A stretch of DNA of 64,000 bases from Pecten maximus (taxonomy: Eukaryota): the NCBI RefSeq assembly GCF_902652985.1, contig NC_047028.1, forward strand, positions 24,304,001 to 24,368,000, in the 5' to 3' direction. The position numbers and the translations under genes are program-made. The notes beneath the pieces are model-generated. The model was not told the DNA's origin, searched no databases, and was given only the letters and a program-made list of their open reading frames with translations. Position 1 is the first letter of the stretch. Every line of letters starts with the position of its first letter. This document shows, piece by piece, positions 51,321 through 63,704 of the stretch.

Positions 51321-53530
51321 TTGCAGAAAGAAAATTAATTTCAGAGAAAAGAAATATTTTGAGATTTTAAATTCAGTTGCCCCTTATAACAAATCATGCA
51401 ATAGCGACAGCAGGTACAGTTTTGATACCGAACCTAAGTGGAATTAAAGGAAAATAAAAAGTTAATTTTCCTGTTGTCATACACTACTGACGTCTTTGCT
51501 AAAATGATGTGTACTACATAACTAGGTCAAGACCAACAGTGAATCCTCTTAACGAAAACACACAACAACAAAGAGAAAGTATTAATCGACTTAATAAAAA
51601 ATTCAAACGTAGCATACATTTATTTCCTCAGTGGAGAGAAATGCTCATTAGAAACAGATATTGACAAAGCATTCCTTTGTGTTGTCGACTTTAAACTTAT
51701 CGAGTCACACGCAACAGGAAGTATATTGAGCCTGCCGACATATATATTGCTGATAACAGCATTTTAACCACAGATTGAATTGGGTGCAGTTGAGTTGCAT
51801 CAAGAAGCCTCATCATATTTAGTACAGCTACACTGTCTCCGAAAATGTCATAGCAACGAAAAGATGAAATTGTCAATCTCATAAAATGCTTGTCATTTTC
51901 AATTTATTTTTTAATTGAAAAAATATCTTGTTTCCAGAATGAAGTTTGTTGTATATTAGGTAATTATTGATTACAGAGAGAACAAATAAATCTTCACAGA
52001 TGAATTCACTTTCATGCCCCATGTCATCTTGTCGGTATTTATGTACCTTGTCAGCCAGTCGGTAGTCATAGACACGAAATATTTAACATCTTCTAAACTG
52101 GCCCTGACTGAATGCTTGATTGAAGTATAGTTGATATCGTCTTAAGAAGAAAGTTTTTGTTCTGTTGCAGACTATACATGAAATTATTGATTCAAACATT
52201 TTTGTTTTATGTATAAAGTCTTCATTTTTCTCTGATCCGTTTCATACAGACTTTTTGAAACATGAAGATTTGACATCAAGACTAAGGATACATTTTCCTA
52301 ACAATGTCTACATACAGTAAACCTTTGGTCAATTCGAAATATTAAAGAAATATTGATGAACCTGTTCGAATTTTACTAAATTATGCTTCAGAAAATGAGC
52401 GTGGGTTCGAACTATCAGAGTCGATATCGGCAAAAATCTCGGCAAAGAGTAAATCAAGACACAAACACATACCTGGCACATCCAATTAAGAATGTGATAC
52501 GTAACAATGACGGCCTGAACATTGGCACATTTTTTATATTAGTAAAATGATAGTATTTTTATTTAATTCAATGCATCTGAAGTAGTGTCAGTTATAAACA
52601 AGCAGAGTTTGAACTAACACTAGCTACAAAATTATTGTTTTTAATGACAAAAATATGAGTAACTCACTATCTGCCTATTCCAACTGACTGGAGGTTTATC
52701 GTAATTATATCCCAAAATTACAAAACTTACTGCAGGTTATCATAATCTAATCCAAGCATGATAACATACACAATGGTAATTCGTAAATGAAATACTTCAC
52801 AAAAATCAGTTAATATAAATCTGTTACCGTATTAAACTCTATTAATATATTGTCATGGTAATTTGTCAATTAATAAGAATATAACAATCTATAAAAGAAA
52901 TTCATTGAAATTTTATAGACAATATGTATAATTCCAAAGGATGGACATACAATATCATTAATCATCTTAATGAATCAGGCCAGACAGCTTGCATTGGAAA
53001 CACTTCTTTGATTCAATGAACTCTACTGATCTGATATATTTATTACCTGGATTTTTTTGTGAGACCTCTGGTATATTTTAGGATCCACAGCAGTTTTATC
53101 AGGATCAGTACCAAACTCAACTTATAGGGACGTTATGTCTCCACCCCCCCCATAGTGATTATTTCTACTGATATATGTTACACAATTATTCCTAATTTGT
53201 AGCATTATTGAAAATTCCTTTTTATCTTTAGAAAATATTTGTCCAAAATTACGTAAGACATCTACATAGCAACCTATTAAGATAAGTCATAATCTTGACT
53301 ATCTCTAGATATATTTGAATTGTAAATACTATGGACACTATAGCTAGCACTCCTTATAATTACTAGAATTCAAACCACCATATAAAGGGAGGTAACTCTG
53401 GTATCTGGAAGCATCATTATAACAAGCAATATTTTACTGTTTTTTTTTCCCTTTAATTCATACATTATTAAAGATTCACATTCCAGAGGGAGATAACAGC
53501 TATATACATCTTACTATCACTGGCATGATT

Positions 53531-54181
53531 AGGTAGCAGTGTACAGTAAAAATGCCAAATTCTGAAAAATATGGCACATGTTTTAGATATGTAAACATTG
53601 CCAGTTAACCTTACATATAACCTCTAATAAAGTATATATATTTGAAATCTGTACAACATTTGCAATTTTAATAGAGCTCTGAAGGATAAGTAAACTGATA
53701 TTTTCTGTGATTTTTAGAGCTGTGAATACCATGGTAACAGCTTAAAAAATTCTCAAAAATTGCAAAATATTATGATATTTGACCCTAAATGGCACAATTC
53801 TCTACACATTTTTTTTTCTGAAACCTATTTAAAATTAAATATCTCTATCCCAAAGACAGAATTAATCTTGTTTGGACATATGTTGTAAATTAAGTTTTTC
53901 CGCTATCTTACCTTTTCTGTGGGCTTCCATTTTGCACTGTAGGCAAAACTAAATTTCCTGTGTAAACACACGTTCGGAAAATCCGGATATTTAAAATCCG
54001 GAACCAATTTATTGATTTTTGTTTTAATAAATGTGAAGCCTGTATGTACTAATTCATACTGAATATACCAATTATAGTGTACAGTTATTTTTTCATTTTT
54101 TATGCATATCATAATACAGGAGTTATTTGCTTAACAAAAAAATTGCCCATGGCCAGGCTGTCTTACTGTGGTGTGCTACCT
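53531..54181. mobile_element. 651-bp MITE, copy 1
   Basis: TIR AGGTAGCA..ACAGTAA / TTACTGT..TGCTACCT; TTA/TA-type flanks; nearly identical to 55275-55925. Confidence 0.88.
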
Positions 54182-54501
54182 TATACATCACTTTTTTAAA
54201 TTCTAATTTTACTAAAAACCCAATGAATGTCAAGAATATGTTCCGACGAACAAAATGACATATCGGGTTACTGTGTATCTTTAATAGTCACCGAGTATTG
54301 CTGATTTCCCTGAGAGGTGTATTTTGACAACTTTTTCTCCCAATCCAGTAATAAGGGGAGGTAATTTTAAAGATGAAAACTCCCATAATTCTGTATATCT
54401 CTTGAATAAAGTTGTGTTTTAAGTTGAATGTGGTACTTTGAGTCTCTTTGCATGTAATCAAGCAAAAAATACTATACAACTATCAAATTTAGCCTTGTAA
54501 T

Positions 54502-54568
54502 ATGACGTCATAGTTACCATGACGTCATCAGTAACTATGACGTCATCAGATGGTATCTATGACGTCAT
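54502..54568. promoter_or_regulatory. cluster of four palindromic CRE sites ATGACGTCAT
   Basis: At 54502, 54519, 54537 and 54559. Confidence 0.5.
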
Positions 54569-55274
54569 AAATACTCAATGGTGTCATAATAAATAACCAA
54601 ATTCCTTTCCAAACCTCAGCTTAGCAACACATGCAATATTCTAACTGATAAATCATGACATGACATCCAAGATTTCAAAATGTCATGCCTATGACATCAA
54701 AGTCATCTGTTTCCACCCCGGTAATTCAGATATGTACCAATGATCATATGAAAGTGTCCGCTGATCCCATTTTATGCGGAAAATGCTATTTGTTCTGCTT
54801 TACCGAAGGAAATGACAATAATTGACAATATTGTATCAACCGTACACTCAATCAATTGAAATTACATGCTTATCATTGTATAAATAAACTGAAAATAATG
54901 GTTTCACCAAATATTTCAAAAAATAACACTTACTGTAATAGTTTCCATGGATACGGGGTAATAAATCAGGTAAAACAAACCAGAATTCAGTCTCTATGGT
55001 TTGTTAGATACCCAATAAGTTATTTTGGGTTTGTTATAAAACATAGAATATCTTTTCAATTTACACTGACTCATTAACATTATGCTTAATTAACCCACCC
55101 TTAAAATGGGTAGATATGCGAGTTACCTCCCTTGATTCCTCTAATATGACAAGCCAGATAATAAACAAGTTTTAGATGGTTTTTATGCATTTTTGAGCAA
55201 TAATGAATTAAAATGAAGCTTAATCAAGCATAATTCAGCACAATTTCCAAAAATAACATTTTTCAGCCCTTATA

Positions 55275-55925
55275 AGGTAGCAGTGTACAGTAAAAATGCC
55301 AAATTCTGAAAAATATGGCACATGTTTTAGATATGTAAACATTGCCAGTTAACCTTACATATAACCTCTAATAAAGTATATATATTTGAAATCTGTACAA
55401 CATTTGCAATTTTAATAGAGCTCTGAAGGATAAGTAAACTGATATTTTCTGTGATTTTTAGAGCTGTGAATACCATGGTAACAGCTTAAAAAATTCTCAA
55501 AAATTGCAAAATATTATGATATTTGACCCTAAATGGCACAATTCTCTACACAATTTTTTTTCTGAAACCTATTTAAAATTAAATATCTCTATCCCAAAGA
55601 CAGAATTAATCTTGTTTGGACATATGTTGTAAATTAAGTTTTTCCGCTATCTTACCTTTTCTGTGGGCTTCCATTTTGCACTGTAGGCAAAACTAAATTT
55701 CCTGTGTAAACACACGTTCGGAAAATCCGGATATTTAAAATCCGGAACCAATTTATTGATTTTTGTTTTAATAAATGTGAAGCCTGTATGTACTAATTCA
55801 TACTGAATATACCAATTATAGTGTACAGTTATTTTTTCATTTTTTATGCATATCATAATACAGGAGTTATTTGCTTAACAAAAAAATTGCCCATGGCCAG
55901 GCTGTCTTACTGTGGTGTGCTACCT
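55275..55925. mobile_element. 651-bp MITE, copy 2
   Basis: Same length and orientation as copy 1; one difference spotted by eye (CACATTT vs CACAATT). Confidence 0.88.
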
Positions 55926-56698
55926 TAGAAAACTTTGATTTCTTTTCATATATATATTGTCAATTTCTTTTCAATGTGCAGTAAAGAAATGCATCTATGC
56001 AGCAAAAATTCTGAAGACTACAAGGCAGGTAAGTACTCCATTATAAGAAACAGCCATCTTGAAATTAAAGATTCATTAAACAAAAAATGTGAAAAATACC
56101 AGATTTGTAAAAGTATATTGGGGCTATTGCGAAACATAAATGGGGTTGATTTAAGTCTATAAGAGTATAAACTTATTCATTGGTGAAATATTGCTACAGT
56201 GCAATGTTTTTTAAAGCTATGAAAAAACACTTATCTTTAACATTTTCTTAACATTTACAAGAGTTTCTTTTCAAAATATACTCTTACATGTGAAATACTA
56301 TTCAGTAGAAATATTAGCAGGCTACTAAATCGTCCTGTAATGATTAAACTCATTCCCACTTTGAGCTAGAGTTAAAGTACTGACTTCCTGGGCTTACTTC
56401 ATGACAAATACAATGAACTTGTAATTATCATATGCCTTGTAATAACACTGTATATATGTTGGGAGAAGGCGTTGATAAGTTGTTGTAACTTGTGCCTAAT
56501 CCCGTGTCTATGTTTTGACAATAAATATGTTTAAACTAAATCATATTCAGGCCAGAGGCCTTGGTACGTCACATATCTTTCAAGAAACTTTCCTTTAAAA
56601 CATGTGCCTGATAGCTAGGAATATCATTCAGTCTTAACGAAGTTTTTTTTCAGTTCATTTATCTTTGAAATAATTTCCTTATTTTACCGTTATTATAT

Positions 56699-57468
56699 CA
56701 CGGGTCAAAATTAACTTTTTCTTTATAGCTACCACTAGCTTGTTTGTTTTTGTTTAACGTCCTATTAACAGCCAGGGTCATTTAAGGACGTGCCAGGTTT
56801 TGGAGGTGGAGGAAAGCCGGAGTACCAGGAGAAAAACCACCGGCCTACAGTCAGTACCTGGCAACTGCCCCACGTAGGTTTCGAACTCGCAACCCAGAGG
56901 TGGAGGGCTAGTGGTAAAGTGTCGGGACACCTTAACCACTCGGCCACCGTAACCACTAGCAATTCTGGGCCAGTGCCTAAAATTTCCACTAGCAAAATGA
57001 AATTTTGAACTAGCAAACTTTATAGCAGTGTTTTCATTAATTTTAATACAAAGTAGCAGGGTTCACCCTTGGACCCAAAAATCATTGGCCACTTTGACAA
57101 GATTTCAGAAATCGTATGGGCCAAAACATAGAAAATTGAAGAAATTTGTGAATGTTGATGGGCCATTTTGGAAAATATAGGGCAAATTAAATGGCCCCAT
57201 GGCCCCCTCTAGAGTTATCCCTAATTAGAAAATACAGAAATCACCACTTATCGTAAAGATTTCATTCGCCATAATATCAGTTTCTAATGTTGGTATCTGT
57301 TTTCCACTTATATGTTCCTTTTTTATGCTTGTGTATCACGTACATGAACAGATTGTCGGGGGGGAAATAAACCAGCAAAAATTTGTGGGTCAACAAAATT
57401 TTAACTAGGCATTTACCTGTAATTTAACTGGCATTTTGAAAGTCATAAAGACTTAATTTTGAACCCTG
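56699..57468. mobile_element. hAT-like MITE hosting a SINE and possibly a second small MITE (about 57057-57222)
   Basis: Imperfect TIRs CACGGGTCAAAATTAAC and CTTAATTTTGAACCCTG. No TSD recognised. Confidence 0.5.
56740..56951 (-). mobile_element. tRNA-derived SINE, family A (near full length)
   Basis: A/B boxes, core and tail intact; 9-bp TSD ACCACTAGC (56731-56739, 56952-56960). Confidence 0.93.
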
Positions 57469-57646
57469 AGTATATTAAAATATAAAATCTCTTGCTTTGT
57501 CTGAGGATATACGTGTATGTTAGCTTAATATAAACCCTGGTACTATCTTTTAAACATACAGGCTATGAAAAAGAGGTCATTATTAAGCAAACCATACAGA
57601 GCCAACACAGAGGACCTGGCCTTAATGATCAATAGGTCACTAACCC

Positions 57647-57752
57647 AGACAATGACCCATCCACATACCAGAAATACACAAGATTATGGGGACAGCACTA
57701 GACAATGACCCATCCACATACCAGAAATACACAAGATTATGGGGACAGCACT
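57647..57752. repeat. 53-bp tandem duplication
   Basis: AGACAATGACCCATCC...GGGGACAGCACT twice. Confidence 0.9.
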
Positions 57753-58796
57753 GTCTTGTAAACCCTTACACCGAGCGAGCGTGAAACTGTAAACATCAAC
57801 AACGATAAACAGTGTCAGTGTTACACAGGTATTGAGATAACATTATGTACGACCTAGTACCACAGCGAGTGACCAGTACCACAGGTAAATTCATGATCAC
57901 CTGGCTTCAGTGTCTGATAAAATATACCACAGTGCTCTTCCCACCAAGTAAGGGAGATAACTCTATCTTATAGTGAAATATTTACAGGGGTCAAAATCAA
58001 AGTTTATATAAGTTACAAACAATACTAGTACCAGTCAAATCCTGCCTATCCTATGATAGATAACATCATCCTGTTTCTGTAAGGTCAGACCAGGTGACGT
58101 TACACAAACTGACTTAAATAATATCAAAACATTCAGGAACACAAGATCAAGTTTAGATGTAGTAGTTATTGACAAATAATTTGGTAGAATAACATTTTAA
58201 GTTGTATCCATACAAACTCAGATATCTAATTCACACTAACTGAACTTTTTCTTTGTCCTTAATATTTCAATTTCCTACAAATGATTTTAATACATATATG
58301 TTCATGTGTCGATAGGGTTTCAATGAATAATGATGTAATGCATAGCAAACCATCGATTGACGTCATCAATAACAGTGAGAGCTGGTAGCGGGAAAATTAT
58401 ACCAAGATATTCCTTATGTTTTACACAGAGTGTATACTTACTGTACCATGCCATAAAATACATGATGTTGTTATTGTCATCTTAACCCTTTGACTACTCA
58501 ACTTTACAGCCGGACTCTTGTATTCCTTGTGGAATCCGTTGGCTGGGTCACGCAGAACCACACCTAACTTCTTACACAGACGTTGGACTCTCCACCTTCC
58601 ATATAATCACTATCATGTTTAGAATTCAAGACAAAGATTGAAAACTGTTTCTGTTTTGACATACAGATGTTTTTCTACTTGCCTGACCTATAATTCTCTA
58701 TTAAATTGTTTTCCGCTGTCTCAAATTCAATGTTACACGCTTAAGGCATTTATTTGCAGTTTAGTGGAATTCTTTTATCACTTCTAGACTGGATTT

Positions 58797-59242
58797 GCCC
58801 CTCCGTCAGGGCCACCTTGGGCCTCTTCTTTACTCTAGATTGGCCCCTCCGTCAGGGCCACCTTGGGCCTCTTCTTTAGTCTAGATTGGCCCCTCCGTCA
58901 GGGCCACCTTGGGCCTCTTCTTTACTCTAGATTGGCCCCTCCGTCAGGGCCACCTTGGGCCTCTTCTTTACTCTAGATTGGCCCCTCCACTGTGTCTACA
59001 ATTGTATATTTTGAGCCAGGGCCACCTTGGGCCTCTTCTTTAGTCTAGATTGGCCCCCTCCACTGTGTCTACAATTGTATATTTTGAGTCAGGGCTACCT
59101 TGGGCCTCTTCTTTACTCTAGATTGGCCCCTCCACTGTGTCTACAATTATATACTTCAAGTCATGGCTACCTTGGGCCTCTTCATCAGCCTGGGTTGGCC
59201 CCCTCTGTTGTGTCTAAAACTGTACATTTCTAGTCAGGGCCA
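58797..59242. repeat. 46-bp tandem repeat grading into ~73-bp units
   Basis: GCCCCTCCGTCAGGGCCACCTTGGGCCTCTTCTTTACTCTAGATTG four times, then units with an extra ACTGTGTCTACAATT.. block. Confidence 0.92.
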
Positions 59243-60493
59243 CTCAACTTCTTTACTGGCTATACTGAACTATGTTTTTTTTGTTTTTGTTTACTTACAT
59301 GTACACAAATAGGTCATTTTCAGCACAAACATGAAATTGACAACAATACTTCTAATCAAGATGGATGCTCAAAATAGATTTGTTTACAAGATGGGTGACA
59401 ATTTGATAATCTGTCACATGTTTACAATCATTATACAAAAGGATGGGTAACATATATTTGTCAACATGTGATTTCACAATAACGTTTTAGTTTTCTGAAT
59501 ATAAATACAAACAAAGATGTCATTGAAAGCATAACAACTTTATGTAATCAAGAAAATTTAGTTGTTGAAAAAATTAATTGCAAATGACTCATTTGATTTA
59601 AAATTTTATTGCTTTCCTCTGTACCACTAGTTCAGGGTGAAGACCGCTTTTTCAGATTTTATCTCCAAGAAGTGACCTTGTTAGGTTTAATGGTTTAATT
59701 GTAAAAGTATGATTTGATATATCAGAACCAGCAGTGTTTTTTAACATGACATTTTAGTGACTACACTCTGTCATCGGTACCTTCATCAGACAAATATGAC
59801 CGCTGAATTATTATAAACATATGGACAGTTGGATCTATTTGCTATGAATGGATATAGGAATTCAACAATATATCCATTTAGGAAATACATTTAAACAACA
59901 AAACACCTTTGTGTGTAGATAACAATGCACTTCAAGAATTATTTCTGAAGTACCTGCCTGGGGCAAGTGGACCTCAGAAATTCTCTTTACAGTGATGAGG
60001 CATTCGTGATGATCTAAACTATACCGTGTATCCTAAATTTGTACCTGCAGGTATAAGAAATGTCCTGGAAACTATTTTCCATGGTTCATGGAGAAAAGAC
60101 ATGAAGTATAACACAGGTTCAAACTAGAATTCAAAACTGGTTTGTACATATAAATGTGCATGGAGCTGAAATACCTGGGCACCACAAGCATATGGTCTTG
60201 ATGCACTTCAACACTGTGATACATGCATGTAAATGAATGTCAAAAACTGTAACTGTGTAAACAATTAGCAAGTGATTTATCTAACGCCTTACATGATGTT
60301 TACAGCTAGTGTATACAGTTTTAACAGTACCAGGAAATGCAGGAGCTTGAAATAAATATCGAGCAGGACTTGCAAAAGTGCCAAATTTTTATCTCAAGTA
60401 CATACTCTAGTGCACATACAGATATCAACAGTTGATGAAAGCTTATTTACATGCATTATCTATATATCAGTGATTAAAACAATATGTCAGTAC

Positions 60494-60762
60494 CAGCCTC
60501 CCACTATCAGAGACACAATTAAAATAAACAAAATCAACTTGACCTTTGACCTTTTCATATGCCCATATTTGGAGATCCTGGGCATAGAACCATCCTCGAC
60601 ATAGAACCAAACCCTGGTGCTGATAACAGCCTCCCACTATCATAGAAACAAAATCAACTTGACCTTTGACCTTTTATATGCCCATATTTGGAGATCCTGG
60701 GCATAGAACCATCCTCGACATAGAACCAAACCCTGGTGCTGATAACAGCCTCTCACTATCAC
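60494..60762. repeat. ~120-bp tandem duplication
   Basis: AAACAAAATCAACTTGACCTTTGACC...CAGCCTCCCACTATCA twice. Confidence 0.9.
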
Positions 60763-61046
60763 AGATTGGTGCATACCTGTATTACGCAAAACTGAACTAT
60801 CAACATGACCTTTGACCTTGCAATATAATACCTGTGCCCATTTATGGAGAACCTGATCATGAGCCTACACAGCCTAATACTATAACACATGTGATGAAAT
60901 GATAAAGACCACTGTGGTACAAATGTTAATGAGGGCAACTCTGTCTACAAATGATTGATGTCAGATAACTTCTATTACACAGGCATAGGACTACTGCTAG
61001 GACTTTTTGTCCTAAAGGCACTGCATCATAAATATGGCACAAAATG

Positions 61047-61218
61047 ACTCCATCTGTTGAGGACTGATACTGAACGAGGTATTGACATAACTCCATCTGT
61101 TGAGGACTGATACTGAACGAGGTATTGACATAACTCCATCTGTTGAGGACTGATACTGAACGAGGTATTGACATAACTCCATCTGTTGAGGACTGATACT
61201 GAACGAGGTATTGACATA
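61047..61218. repeat. 43-bp tandem repeat x4
   Basis: ACTCCATCTGTTGAGGACTGATACTGAACGAGGTATTGACATA. Confidence 0.95.
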
Positions 61219-61502
61219 TTACTAAGGATGTATAAGTTTAAATTTGTTTAAGCATCTATCATGAATAGAAATGAACTTACACATATGTGACCACTTCACT
61301 TTAGCCATAAATATCCTGTAGCTCTGATATCGGCCAGGTTTATTTCTACCTTACAGAATTATACATTACTTGAAAATTACAAGAAATTCAATGTTCAGCA
61401 AGATTGTATGAAACCACCAGGAAATGTTGCATAACTTTTCTCAGTGACTTACTCATGCCTTAGTAGTAATAATAATTTTTGTACTCATAATAAACCCATA
61501 CT

Positions 61503-61903
61503 TCCGTTAAAGGAGAGAAATATTGCAAAGACTAGACCGGGACTCCAACCCGGGACCTCCAAACTCTAGACAGACTGATTTTAGACAGTTGCTCTAACCC
61601 TTTCAGCCACCTGACATCCCAGGAACTCTGAACTCAAGAAAGACTGATTCTAAACATCTCTCTAGCCACTTATAACCTGGGATCTCTGAACTCTGAATGG
61701 ACAATCTAACCATTTAAGCTACCCAATAACTAGGGACCTCTTAACTATAGACAGATGATCTAACCATCTATGCTACCTGATAACCTTAGAACACGATCTA
61801 ACCTTTTGAGCTACGTACCAGCCAACCTGGGATCTCCAAACTTTGACAAGTGCTCTAACCATTTGGACTACCAGACCACCGGCACCAGCCCAATGCTGCT
61901 ACA
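61503..61903 (-). mobile_element. tRNA-containing element with about 7 tandem degenerate tRNA-head units
   Basis: Starts TGTAGCAG on -; repeated GGTAGCT.AA.GGTTAGA...AGAGTT..GAG.TCCC.GGT units, ending in one B-box-like CCGGGTTGGAGTCCCGG. Confidence 0.6.
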
Positions 61904-61914
61904 GTGATATAATT

Positions 61915-62293
61915 AATTTTTCTTTGTTTTCATGGTAAATACTCAAATGTGATTGGTCGAAAAATTCTTTTCATTCTTCTATGAAAGAAATTCCGAGAAT
62001 GGCGCGAAAAATGTGACGTCACAATACGGCAATTGACGTTGCGTATTGATTTGAGAAAAAGAATCCCATTTAAAACCAGTAAAATTGTACATAAAACATG
62101 TTTTAAATTAGAAAATCATTTTCAAAAATTAATTATAAGCATTCATGTCAATTATTTTTGTTTCATAGGGGTATGAAACAAATTTTGTTTGCAAACTTCT
62201 GTAAGAATCCGCTATGCGGATTCATACAGTTTGCAAACAAAATTTGTTTCATACCCCGATGAAACTAAAAAAAAATGGCATCAATGCTTAAAT
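61915..62293. mobile_element. non-autonomous element ending in a ~160-bp hairpin (Crypton-like architecture, tentative)
   Basis: Inverted repeat 62133-62293 centred on GAATCCGC-TAT-GCGGATTC; TGATTGG and TGACGTCA motifs in the body. Confidence 0.55.
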
Positions 62294-62340
62294 AACTTTG
62301 AAAGTACCTATATAAAGTAAGTATTGTAGTATGTACATAC

Positions 62341-62592
62341 CTGATTTTGGACAACCAAAGACGGTGCATTGTTTCCCAATAGGGACTTCAAAGGTTTGGT
62401 TTGTGGTTGTTTGTTCATTGCTGCTTCGTTCATTTGTTTTGCCTCCTCTTTCATGGCCTCTGTTGGAGCCACATAAAATCGCTTCCTCTCATATTTTTGT
62501 ATCATAAAGTCTTTAACTTTTTGTTCCTCGCGGGCATCGGGCTCGGGTCCTGACCGACTGTCATAGAGTCCCAAATATACCTTCCTACAAAA
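62341..62592 (-). CDS. AGFG1: AGFG1 ArfGAP-domain exon (FCRKVYLGLYD...QKVKDFMIQKYERKRFYV...KPLKSLLG..QNQ)
   Basis: Matches human VCKQIWLGLFD...QKVKEFLQEKYEKKRWYV...KPLKSLLG; TTATAG acceptor, GTATGT donor. Confidence 0.96.
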
Positions 62593-63214
62593 CTATAAAA
62601 CAGGTGATCTGTCAGAAAGACTTGATACTTATTTCTGTATATAGTAAGTAAGTAGAAGGGCACTTGTCGGTATTATGACACATTAAATACCAACAATAAA
62701 TAAATGCTGTACATGTTTCATATATACTTAATCACTGTACATATTATAATTCAATAACAAACCTTAATTAGAGAAATTGTTTCTTTTTCAGATATTTTTC
62801 AAATAGTTAATTTTGAAAATATGTCAACAACTCAATAATTATAATCAGGCTTTTATCATGAGCAACCCAAGGCCAGCTTATTAAGTAAGTTGGAGCCAAC
62901 AAGATCTAGAGATTAAAATTATGAAATATTGACTAAATTAGCTATTTAAGGAAAATACCAGCATATGTGTATCTTTATGATCAATCTAGGCAATCAGTTC
63001 ACATGATCATCAATTCCTTATAATGTTTAATTTCACCTTCAATGTATAGTTCTGGAATTTTTTTGTTTTCTTTCTTCTTTTTTTCTTCTATTTATGGAGA
63101 AAATATTACACATATATTTAGCGTGTGAAACTTGAAAATTTCAATATGATTTATTAAGGCATATAGCAGCACTAGCTATATATACCGTACGTACATCATA
63201 TAAGTAATACTCAC

Positions 63215-63308
63215 ATCGTTTCCATGACATTTGAGAAATTCCATCTCATCTGGTGTAAAGCTTGTCATTGATATAGACTTCACTCTATGCGGGGGATTGA
63301 TACCTCTC
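63215..63308 (-). CDS. AGFG1: AGFG1 ArfGAP-domain exon (RGINPPHRVKSISMTSFTPDEMEFLKCHGND)
   Basis: Near-identical to human RGLNPPHRVKSISMTTFTQQEIEFLQKHGNE; canonical splice sites. Confidence 0.96.
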
Positions 63309-63704
63309 CTGAAACGACAAAAGTCAAACAATGATAATTATAATAAGATATATATGTTGCTGATATACTTGCCAAATTCAGTGTAAAAAACGCACCAAAT
63401 TTTCCAGCTTAAGAAAAAAAAATTGAAGATGTCACTTTGACAACACCTTACAAATGTTTTAAGCTAACCTCTTTCTTGTGCACTATATATACATTCCTAA
63501 GATTTACAGATAAATTGTCTAAAATTAGGATTCCAAAATCTGGTATTTCTCTCTCAAATAGGAAAAAAAAAACACTTATGGTAATATAAATATTTCTTTA
63601 CAACGGCATACCACTAATTGCAATATGTGATATTAATAATATGATATCCTGTTTATTCTGATCAGTTTTTCGTTTTACAAATTTTCTCTTTATAAATAAG
63701 GTAA

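Larger units (their letters stand above)
31071..63308 (-). other. AGFG1: AGFG1/HRB-like gene span, 5'-partial
   Basis: complement(join(31071..31124,32018..32544,37835..38248,39000..39080,42412..42631,62341..62592,63215..63308)) is phase-consistent and open. The start and Zn-finger exon lie beyond 64000. Confidence 0.92.

Noticed and set aside
53903-55856. two identical 69-aa ORFs as duplicated genes
   Set aside because: Both lie inside the twin MITE copies and have no protein features.
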